Shown here: in pieces, positions 56,937 to 64,000 of the stretch
Layout of the letters: each line of letters starts with the position of its first letter
Numbering within the stretch: position 1 is the first letter of the stretch
NCBI GenBank assembly: GCA_934271365.1
Contig: CAKQRI010000002.1
Span: forward strand, 63,173 to 127,172
DNA from: an uncultured Spirochaetales bacterium
GTDB taxonomy: Bacteria > Spirochaetota > Spirochaetia > Sphaerochaetales > Sphaerochaetaceae
Reading direction: 5' to 3'
Length of the DNA stretch: 64,000 nucleotides
The notes under the pieces: generated by a model
Databases searched by the model: none
The model's input: the letters and a program-made list of their open reading frames with translations, nothing else
What the model was told of the DNA's origin: nothing
Translations under genes and position numbers: made by a program

Positions 56937-57998
56937 ATGAACGTTACAGTGCCATTCTCATTTTTAGATGAGAGAATCAGGAATATGAATTCTCTTACAG
57001 GGATCATTCCTTTAAGAATCCGGGCTGATCTGACAGCGCTTTCAAAGACAGAAAAGAAGAATCTGAGAGAATTCGCTAATATCGAGAATGGCATAGCTGA
57101 ACGTATACTGCTTGTTCCTGATAATATTACAATCGGAGCTCTTGAAGGTGTTATAGATAAGAGCTTCGGAATCTTTTCTGATATGTTTGATTCTCAGACT
57201 GTATTCACTAAGCGTGATATGGAGAAGCTTTTTCCTTCTCTTTATTCCCTTATTGAATATTCAGGGCTTATTTTTGAGGATCCATTCGACGCTGCTTTAA
57301 TTGATTCATATCGCAATCTGCAGCATGAAAGCGAGATTGGCATAATTCCAGGGCCTTTCTATCCTTCTTTTAGTAAGAGATATCCAGAACTTAAGAATTC
57401 CCTCAGCAGATTATATAAGGATGAGATAGCTGAAGGCGTAATGTACAATGGTGAGAAGACATCCATCAAGGAGATTCCTGCTACAGAAGAGAATATCGAA
57501 AGATATCTAGATAGGAAGGAAGAGTCATTCATTGTCTCTCTTTCCTTAGATATCCACCTCTTTGAGATTCTTGCACCTTGTGGTGCCAAGACATACAATG
57601 CAGAATCATTCAGACGCTATGTAAAGAAAGCAGAGAATGATGCTAACGCAGCAATTAAGCCACTGGTTCATAGCTTTGACTCTGTGCGCTACAATGATGC
57701 TGGAGATGAGGCATTCATATTCCATATTGATATTCCTAAGGATATTTCATTCATCATAGAGGATGGATACCTATCTATTGAGGACTACATTGATTCTGTT
57801 GAGTATGTGTCTAATACATTCTATCCTGATTGCATCTATAAAAGCGGATATGATCTATTCGGAAGGAATATAAAAGACTATTACAGCTTCATCATGAGTC
57901 TTCATTCAGGTGGAATTCCTTCAATACTGCAGAACTTCATGTCATATGCAGGCTGGCGAGAACCTTTCTTAGATGTTAAGCGTGTTCTTAGATACTAA
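56937..57998 (+). CDS. Hypothetical 353-aa acidic cytoplasmic protein
   Basis: AGGAGG SD lies 4 nt (AACA) before the ATG, and the ATG is 7 nt after the pfk stop. No TM or signal peptide and no motif I recognise. Confidence 0.6.
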   Translation: MNVTVPFSFLDERIRNMNSLTGIIPLRIRADLTALSKTEKKNLREFANIENGIAERILLVPDNITIGALEGVIDKSFGIFSDMFDSQTVFTKRDMEKLFPSLYSLIEYSGLIFEDPFDAALIDSYRNLQHESEIGIIPGPFYPSFSKRYPELKNSLSRLYKDEIAEGVMYNGEKTSIKEIPATEENIERYLDRKEESFIVSLSLDIHLFEILAPCGAKTYNAESFRRYVKKAENDANAAIKPLVHSFDSVRYNDAGDEAFIFHIDIPKDISFIIEDGYLSIEDYIDSVEYVSNTFYPDCIYKSGYDLFGRNIKDYYSFIMSLHSGGIPSILQNFMSYAGWREPFLDVKRVLRY

Positions 57999-58067
57999 AT
58001 TATCCAGAATTATCTAACATATTTGGCCATTGATTAAAACCGCTTTCTCAATTCTCCGAAAACAGCT

Positions 58068-58131
58068 CTCCTGCTTATATAAGCATCTGAATTAGCAGAA
58101 AAACGAAATAAAATGAATATATAAGCAGGAG
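58068..58131 (+). promoter_or_regulatory. Perfect 14-bp stem hairpin that sequesters the SD of the Rpn-family gene
   Basis: CTCCTGCTTATATA (58068-58081) is the exact reverse complement of TATATAAGCAGGAG (58118-58131). The right arm contains the AGGAG(G) SD. The loop is 36 nt. Confidence 0.6.
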
Positions 58132-58142
58132 GAGATAATAAT

Positions 58143-58988
58143 ATGGAATGTGAAGAAGATATATTCATGGAAGAGATGAAGGCTCAGCAGAAGTGCCTCT
58201 TTGATGATTATCTGTTCACAGTATCAGCAATGATTCATCCTGCAGTTATAGAGGAAATCGCATCAAGGGTATTCAGCAAAGCTGGGATAGCTGTCAGGCG
58301 GATTGAGAAGATAAATGCTCAGAAGAGGCTATATGCACTTGATGAGAAGGAGATTGTGTTCGACTGCTACGCTGAGACTGATAAGGGCGAGAGAATTGCA
58401 ATAGAGGTGCAGAATGATGCATCCAGATTCAGCTATAAGAGGGAGGGATTCTATGCGGCGAAGCTCAGAGTCCATGAGGAGAGGGGAAGAATCTATGATG
58501 AGATGATGCCCGTATATCTTATAATACTGTACAGGCATAATCCTTATAAGAAGAGAGGATACAGCCTGCCTATATACAGAAAAGGATGCTATATTGAAGA
58601 TACGGATATAAGATATGATGACGGGATGCGGGTTCTCAGAGTCAATGGTGACTATATGGAGAAAGGCGATGGTCTTGGTGATCTGATGCGCTCGATGAAA
58701 GCTAAAAATGCTGAGGATGCGCCTGTGGCTGCAATAGCAGAAGCAATCAGCAGGATAAAGGAGATGGATATGGGAAAAAGATATACAATGGAGGATTTCA
58801 GAAACCACTATATGGAAAAAGGTAGGGCTGAAGGAATCAGAGAGGGAATTGCCGAGGGGCTTGCTGCCGGCAAAGCCGCAGGGGAAGCAGCAGGAAAGGC
58901 CGAAGCTAAATCAGATATGATAAGCAATCTCAGGAAGCTTGGTGTTTCTGAGGATATAATAAATAAAGCTGTATCGGCTACATGCTGA
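58143..58988 (+). CDS. Rpn-family recombination-promoting nuclease / PD-(D/E)XK 'putative transposase'
   Basis: FDCYAETDKGERIAIEVQ nuclease core (D...E-x-Q), RFSYKREGFYAAKL, and a C-terminal EG/AG-rich repeat tail (GRAEGIREGIAEGLAAGKAAGEAAGKAEAK) ending in ...LGVSEDIINKA, all typical of this family. Confidence 0.8.
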   Translation: MECEEDIFMEEMKAQQKCLFDDYLFTVSAMIHPAVIEEIASRVFSKAGIAVRRIEKINAQKRLYALDEKEIVFDCYAETDKGERIAIEVQNDASRFSYKREGFYAAKLRVHEERGRIYDEMMPVYLIILYRHNPYKKRGYSLPIYRKGCYIEDTDIRYDDGMRVLRVNGDYMEKGDGLGDLMRSMKAKNAEDAPVAAIAEAISRIKEMDMGKRYTMEDFRNHYMEKGRAEGIREGIAEGLAAGKAAGEAAGKAEAKSDMISNLRKLGVSEDIINKAVSATC

Positions 58989-59012
58989 TTCAAGCTATAT
59001 TTAATTAAAGAA

Positions 59013-59046
59013 ATGGAGCTGCTCTATAATTATGAAACAGCTCCAT
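59013..59046. terminator. Hairpin between convergent genes (candidate bidirectional terminator)
   Basis: ATGGAGCTG N16 CAGCTCCAT, a 9-bp perfect stem. Flanking T/A runs are weak. Confidence 0.4.
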
Positions 59047-59060
59047 CTGTAGTTTCAGAT

Positions 59061-59681
59061 CTATGCTATCTCGCTTATAAGCTGGATTCTTCCATCTGAA
59101 TATCTGATTCTGAATGAATAAAGATTTTCATGATTATCTATGATTTTCAGGATTGCTCTTTTTGTGAAAGGCAATCTCACTTCAGAGCTACCCTCTGGAT
59201 ATAGCCGCTTCATAATCATGAGATCATCTTTCAGAAGAATCACGGCAGCAATATAATTCTCTTTAGTCATCTCATGCTCGATTCCAATAAAGAGGTCGCT
59301 GTCGCTGATTTCTGCTTTAACTCTGAAATCTGGTTTGGATAGCTTCAGCTTCTCTAGCTTCTCTGAGCAGCAGAATGCAGAGATAGAAGAAGTAGATAGC
59401 GTGATGTTGCTGCACTTCCTGCAGTAATATATATTCATCTTCTTCATGTTTCCCGGATCTTTTTCATTCTCAGTGAGTTTGCCTTCAAGCAGTTCTTTTG
59501 CATTGATAGATAGAATCTCTGAAAGCTTAGGAATGTATGATATATCGGGAAAGCCTTTCCCTGTCTCCCATTTCGATATTGTCTTTGCCTCTACTCCTAG
59601 CTTTTCTGCAAGGTCTTTCTGCTTCATGTTCTTTGCTGTACGTATTTCTCTTATTATCTTTCCTGTATTTTCACTGTTCAT
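59061..59681 (-). CDS. XRE-family HTH fused to a desulfoferrodoxin-like module (Cys4 desulforedoxin site intact, SOR site degenerate)
   Basis: HTH MKQKDLAEKLGVEAKTISKWETGKGFP. Then IYYCRKCSNI...AFCCSEKL (cf. Dfx VYKCTHCGNI...LVCCGEPM), then a domain aligning to the SOR fold (IGIEHEMTKENYIAAVILL). Confidence 0.7.
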   Translation of the reverse strand: MNSENTGKIIREIRTAKNMKQKDLAEKLGVEAKTISKWETGKGFPDISYIPKLSEILSINAKELLEGKLTENEKDPGNMKKMNIYYCRKCSNITLSTSSISAFCCSEKLEKLKLSKPDFRVKAEISDSDLFIGIEHEMTKENYIAAVILLKDDLMIMKRLYPEGSSEVRLPFTKRAILKIIDNHENLYSFRIRYSDGRIQLISEIA

Positions 59682-59903
59682 ACCAAGAAGGTTATTAACT
59701 ATCTGAAGAGTTATCAATCCACGCTTTGTAGAGTGGATAGGTAGCTTTACCAATGAATCGTAAAGCTGAAGATTTCACTGAATAATATATTTCAGATTTT
59801 AGGATATGCTTTTAATTCATCTTATCGAAGAAAGAGATGAGTAGGTGAGATGAAAATAGGGATTGTCTCTATGAGGATTTATTTTGTAGCAAACAGTCTG
59901 GAA

Positions 59904-60788
59904 TCAGGAAAAGACCTCTTCTGCCAATGGTATGGATTTCATTGCTCCTTCTCTTGAAACTGCAATTCCAGAAGCCTTTGTAGCATAATACATAGCTTTC
60001 TCTGGATTATATCCTCTTATTCTAGATGCTATGAAATAACCTGCGAAAGTGTCTCCTGCAGCGGTGGTGTCTACTACTGGTCCATTGATTATTGGCTGAT
60101 AGTACCTTTCTTCTTTATTCTGATAAAATGCACCATTCTTTCCAACTGTCATAATGACTTCGCTTCCATTATAGTCAGATCTGAGCTTGTCAAGGATTCG
60201 TTCATAATCAGTATTTTCGGGAAGTCCTGCAAGTTCTGCAGCTTCTCCTTCATTTACAATGAGTATGTCTATATCATTTAAGGGTAGTGATAGAATCGAG
60301 CTGTCAAAAGGAGATGGATTGAAGACTATCTTCATCTTCTTATCTTTTGCGCATCTGATTATATATGAAAGCTCATTTATCTCATTCTGGATTATTAGAT
60401 ATGATCCTTCTTCAATTCTGCTGAATGCATCACGGATCTCCTCTTCTTTCTGTTCTCTATTTGCTCCAGAAAAGAGGATGATGGAATTCTCTCCATCATC
60501 TGAGAGCTGTATGATTGCATGGCCTGTGAATCCATCAGAGACTCTGACTTCTGATGTATCAACACCTGTTGCTTTTAGCGCATCCAGCAGGAATGCTCCA
60601 TCTTTTCCTATTTTCCCTGCCATCTTAACGGCACATCCAGCCTTAGCTAGAGCAGCTGCCTGGTTCTCTCCCTTTCCACCAGGATTCTTCTCTAGGCTTC
60701 TTGAGGAGAGCGTCTCTCCTGGCTTTATCTGATGAGGTACATGATATATGTAGTCTATATTGAGTGATCCGTAACAGAGAATTTCCAT
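59904..60788 (-). CDS. rbsK: Ribokinase
   Basis: GSLNIDY, GGKGENQAAALAKAG and DTTAAGDTFAGYF (PfkB signature 2) motifs. ATG at 60788 after AAAGGA. Confidence 0.85.
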   Translation of the reverse strand: MEILCYGSLNIDYIYHVPHQIKPGETLSSRSLEKNPGGKGENQAAALAKAGCAVKMAGKIGKDGAFLLDALKATGVDTSEVRVSDGFTGHAIIQLSDDGENSIILFSGANREQKEEEIRDAFSRIEEGSYLIIQNEINELSYIIRCAKDKKMKIVFNPSPFDSSILSLPLNDIDILIVNEGEAAELAGLPENTDYERILDKLRSDYNGSEVIMTVGKNGAFYQNKEERYYQPIINGPVVDTTAAGDTFAGYFIASRIRGYNPEKAMYYATKASGIAVSREGAMKSIPLAEEVFS

Positions 60789-60858
60789 CTGGCCATCCTT
60801 TTCAATGATTATAGCAGATATCTTGAAGCTTGTGATTTCCATGAATATCATAACAGAT

Positions 60859-61941
60859 ATGAAAGAGATAAGAGTCATCTATGGAAAGGATATAAAGAGG
60901 ATTACAAAGGAGATTCTTAAGAGCTACAGAGTAGAGGATAGGATTCCTTCTAAAGATAGCAGGATAGGGCTTAAGCCTAATCTTGTTATTGCTGCAACTC
61001 CAGATTCAGGTGCAACAACGCACATGGAGATTATAGAAGGTGTAATAGAATATCTTCAGGATCATGGCTTTAATAATATCTCAATAATGGAAGGTTCCTG
61101 GGTTGGAGATGACACGGAAAGGGCATTCCGGATGAATGGCTATTATGATATCAGGAATAGATATGATGTCGGACTCTATGATCTGAAGAAAGACAGATAT
61201 AAGACGATTATTGAGGATGGAGTCCGAATGGAGATATCAGAGAGAGTCCTTTCTCTTGATTATATGATCAATCTACCTGTTCTGAAAGGGCACTGCCAGA
61301 CTGGAATGACATGTGCAATGAAGAACCTGAAAGGCATCATGAGCGATAAGTCTAAAAGGCTTTTTCACCAACTTGGACTGATGAGGCCTATTGCTCTCCT
61401 TAATAAAGCATATAAGCCATCAATGACTCTGGTTGACAGCATCTGCGGAGATCTGGATTTCGAAGAAGGCGGAAATCCAGTAGAGACCAATAGGCTTATT
61501 CTTGGAGACGATTCTGTCTTGATTGATGCATATGCGGCCTCTTTGCTTGGCTTCAGTGAAGAAGATGTTGAATATATTCATCTTGGTGCAGAATATGGAG
61601 CTGGTTCTGATGATCTGGAAAACGCAGAGATCATAGAACTCAATAAGCCTGAAGATAGTGCTTTTGCAATGCCGGAGAGATATGCTTCTCGTCTTAAGTC
61701 TTTCACATCTCCATCTGCTGCATGCTCATGCTGCTATGCAAACCTTATCCACGCATTAAAGAGGCTTGAAGATGATGGAGAGCTTCAGAGACTAAGAGGA
61801 GAGAGAATAGCAATCGGACAGGGCTGGAGAGGCAAAAGCATGAAGATTGGTGTTGGAGCATGCTGCAGCAGAGCTCTTTATGGCATTAGGAAATGTCCGC
61901 CAAGCGCAAGTGAGATAATAGAATTGCTTTCATCTATCTGA
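60859..61941 (+). CDS. DUF362-domain protein with a Cys-rich C-terminal tail
   Basis: IGLKPNLV...GATTHMEIIEGVIEYL...LPVLKGHCQTGMTCAMKNLKG matches DUF362. The start is uncertain (60805/60841/60859, none with a good SD). Confidence 0.7.
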   Translation: MKEIRVIYGKDIKRITKEILKSYRVEDRIPSKDSRIGLKPNLVIAATPDSGATTHMEIIEGVIEYLQDHGFNNISIMEGSWVGDDTERAFRMNGYYDIRNRYDVGLYDLKKDRYKTIIEDGVRMEISERVLSLDYMINLPVLKGHCQTGMTCAMKNLKGIMSDKSKRLFHQLGLMRPIALLNKAYKPSMTLVDSICGDLDFEEGGNPVETNRLILGDDSVLIDAYAASLLGFSEEDVEYIHLGAEYGAGSDDLENAEIIELNKPEDSAFAMPERYASRLKSFTSPSAACSCCYANLIHALKRLEDDGELQRLRGERIAIGQGWRGKSMKIGVGACCSRALYGIRKCPPSASEIIELLSSI

Positions 61942-63288
61942 TTCAGATACAACTCTGAATGCCGATATATCGACCTTCCTGTAGTAGATTGCAAGTATTA
62001 TTGTGCATAAGAGCCAGCCTAATGGATATCCAAGAGAAACAGTATATATATTGTTCCAGATCTTTGTAATCAGGAATAGATATGCCTGGCGGAATACGAT
62101 GAACGTAGACATCATTATGATCATCGGCACCTTTGTGTTTCCAGCTCCCTTAAGTGCCCCATTATGGATCTGGTTGAATCCTACGCAGATGAAGAATGGG
62201 CTTAAGAGTCTTAAGAATAGAACACCATATCTGATTACTTCTTCATCCTGGTTGAAGAGAAGCACGAAATAAGGAGCAGCAATCCATAGCACAATGATCA
62301 TTGTGATAGCTATTGCAACATTGATTCTTGTCGCTACTTTTATCCCATGCATTGCCCGGTCTTTCTGCCCTGCACCTACATTCTGTCCGATGAATGTTGT
62401 GACAGATAGCCCGATTGACTGCATAGGAAGCAGGCAGATCTTATCAACCTTGGCATAGCTGGACCAGCCAGCCATAGCAGCAGATCCGAAGTAGTTGATG
62501 TAAGACTGTATGAATACATTTGAGAATGCTGTTACCATCATCTGCAGAGCTGTCGGAATTCCGACTCTGAGTATCTTCTGCATGATTTCTTTATGTATTC
62601 TGATTTTCTTCCATATTATTCTATAGCAGTTTTTCTCTGCTGTGAGTACAGTCATTACGAGTATTGCTGAAAGGACCTCCGCAATTACAGTTGCAAGAGC
62701 TGCTCCTGCAACTCCCATCCTGAATACAGCAATGAATATGATATCGAGTGTTATATTCATCACTGTTGAGAATATCAGGAAGTATAGAGGTCTTCGAGAA
62801 TCTCCGACGGCGTTGAGTATTCCTGCACCCATATTATAGAAAAGCAGTCCCGTTACACCTAGAAAGTATATTCCAAGATATGTTTCAGAGCTTTCCCATA
62901 CATCTTCCGGTGTTCCCAGGATTTCAAGAAAGAGAGGAGTCGTGGCTAATGCTAGGGCTGTAATCACAATGCTAAGTATGGATGTGAGGGCTATTGTTGA
63001 ATGCACTGCTTTGTGCACGCTCTCATTATCTTTAGCACCATAATACTGGCTTATTACAACACCTGCACCTGCACTTAGCCCTGAGAAGAAACCTATGAAT
63101 GTGTTTATTATTGGATCTACAGAACCGACTGCTGCAAGTGCTTCCTTCCCGATGAGGTTTCCTACAATTATGCTGTCTACTGTATTATATAGCTGCTGGA
63201 ATAGGTTTCCAATCATCAGAGGAAGAGCAAATAGCACTATATTCTTCCATACGGCACCGTCTGTCATTCTCCTGACTTTTCTTCCCAT
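61930..63288 (-). CDS. MATE-family efflux transporter
   Basis: ALPLMIGNLFQQLYNTVDSIIVG signature and 12 TM segments. ATG at 63288 has GGAG 7 nt upstream. Confidence 0.85.
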   Translation of the reverse strand: MGRKVRRMTDGAVWKNIVLFALPLMIGNLFQQLYNTVDSIIVGNLIGKEALAAVGSVDPIINTFIGFFSGLSAGAGVVISQYYGAKDNESVHKAVHSTIALTSILSIVITALALATTPLFLEILGTPEDVWESSETYLGIYFLGVTGLLFYNMGAGILNAVGDSRRPLYFLIFSTVMNITLDIIFIAVFRMGVAGAALATVIAEVLSAILVMTVLTAEKNCYRIIWKKIRIHKEIMQKILRVGIPTALQMMVTAFSNVFIQSYINYFGSAAMAGWSSYAKVDKICLLPMQSIGLSVTTFIGQNVGAGQKDRAMHGIKVATRINVAIAITMIIVLWIAAPYFVLLFNQDEEVIRYGVLFLRLLSPFFICVGFNQIHNGALKGAGNTKVPMIIMMSTFIVFRQAYLFLITKIWNNIYTVSLGYPLGWLLCTIILAIYYRKVDISAFRVVSESDR

Positions 63289-63462
63289 TGCTGATCTCCA
63301 GTTTTTTATACATTAACGCTTATTTTGCAATGAAACAATATTGATAGCAAAAAGAAAAAAATCAGAATCTTAATAAAAGTCAAAAAATCTACAAATATGC
63401 AGTTAAAGCTGTTATTCTACAGTATGTATCAAAAATTGCATTGAACATAAAAAGGGGAATTA

Positions 63463-64000
63463 GTGAAAACTTTCTATTTTCTTTTCAACATATTCTGGGG
63501 AGAGCTTTTCTATATCCCTCTGCCGAATGGATCTAAAGTCGGTATCCCGCTTCTTGTAGTCATTCTGATTCCTTTGGGCATCTTCTTTACTATATCTCTC
63601 CGCTTTGTTCAGTTCAGGCATATGCCAGACATGGTAAGGATAATGAAGGAGAAGAGGGGACAGCATGGAAGGGCCCTCTCCGGACTTGAAACACTGATTG
63701 TATCAACAGCGACAAGAGTCGGAATGGGAAATCTTGTTGGTGTTGTTGCTGCGATATCTCTTGGTGGTGCCGGTGCTGTGTTCTGGATGTGGCTTTCTGC
63801 TATTCTAGGTGCTGCTACTGCATTTGCAGAAGGTACACTGGCGCAGAAGTATAAGACAGAAGATAAGCTCTATGGTGGCTATAAAGGCGGTCCTGCTTAT
63901 TATCTTGATTATATTCTGAAGGGCAATAAGCGTAAGTCTGTGATTGCTATTTTGTTTGCGCTATCTGGTCTTCTCTGCTGGTGTGGTATAAGCCAGGTAA
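63463..64000 (+). CDS. Alanine/glycine:cation symporter (AGCS) family transporter, 5' part (runs off window end)
   Basis: My own translation from GTG 63463 (AAAGGGGA SD) is open to the window end. LIVSTATRVGMGNLVGVVAAISLGGAGAVFWMW...GGPAYY matches the AGCS signature. It is absent from the ORF track because there is no stop in the window. Confidence 0.8.
   Translation, partial: MKTFYFLFNIFWGELFYIPLPNGSKVGIPLLVVILIPLGIFFTISLRFVQFRHMPDMVRIMKEKRGQHGRALSGLETLIVSTATRVGMGNLVGVVAAISLGGAGAVFWMWLSAILGAATAFAEGTLAQKYKTEDKLYGGYKGGPAYYLDYILKGNKRKSVIAILFALSGLLCWCGISQV

Noticed and set aside
58068-58131. Reading the 14-bp inverted repeat as a terminator for the upstream gene, or as MITE/IS terminal repeats
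   Set aside because: No T-run follows the stem (GAGATAATAAT), which argues against a terminator. The arms are only 36 nt apart and enclose nothing, which argues against an element. The right arm coincides exactly with the SD, which favours a translational-control reading.
58329-58808. 159-aa minus-strand ORF antisense to the Rpn gene, considered as a possible antitoxin
   Set aside because: It has no SD, its composition (Ile/His/Ser/Leu-rich) looks like a shadow frame, and the in-frame internal start offers a simpler hypothesis. Only expression data could revive it.
63460-63666. 68-aa minus-strand ORF from the track
   Set aside because: It is overlapped by a plus-strand reading frame open from 63463 to the window end, and that frame carries clear AGCS-transporter motifs.
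1-64000. tRNA, rRNA, tmRNA, RNase P or riboswitch elements in the intergenic regions (notably upstream of the ABC transporter, the AGCS symporter and gdhA)
   Set aside because: I could not find T-loop/GTTCGAATC-type motifs, SAM, glycine or T-box core sequences, or other recognisable conserved RNA cores by eye. A covariance-model scan would be needed to exclude them formally.

Overview
This is a gene-dense chromosomal window of about 55 credible CDSs from a low-to-moderate GC anaerobe. I found no rRNA, tRNA or CRISPR array, and no intact IS element or prophage.

The gene content looks Treponema-like: PFOR, a long plant/spirochaete-type PFK, a PD-(D/E)XK 'Rpn/putative transposase' family gene, relaxed lipoboxes and a YesMN-type two-component system. 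A Firmicute cannot be excluded without a database search.

Most of the window is housekeeping:
- Central metabolism: gdhA, pyk, nifJ/PFOR, pfk, and a uxuA-gntR-uxuB hexuronate module.
- Replication and repair: dnaE, recG, ligA.
- RNA modification: RluA family, rsmD.
- Transport: an amino-acid ABC system, two MATE pumps and an AGCS symporter.

Candidates for something not yet described, in my order of preference:
1. A six-gene operon (10.1-15.8 kb). It combines an atypical three-part transporter (a 200-aa exported alpha/beta protein, a 12-TM-class permease and a 57-aa membrane peptide) with an anchored AstE/AspA-like Zn deacylase, an Ala/Pro-rich lipoprotein and a secreted C69 dipeptidase. An AT-rich leader with a thrice-repeated 13-mer precedes it.
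2. An Rpn-family nuclease gene whose main Shine-Dalgarno (SD) sequence is buried in a perfect 14-bp hairpin. It also has an in-frame internal SD+ATG that could yield a 72-aa C-terminal protein, a possible intragenic toxin/antitoxin layout.
3. A double-receiver/PEP-synthase-like ATP-grasp protein, translationally coupled to an Fe-ADH.
4. A nucleotide pyrophosphatase paired with a stand-alone RarA/MgsA C-terminal domain.
5. An XRE regulator fused to a desulfoferrodoxin-like module.
6. A divergent xanthine-dehydrogenase-like trio overlapping dnaE.

All functional calls come from motif recognition by eye. No searches or computations were run.
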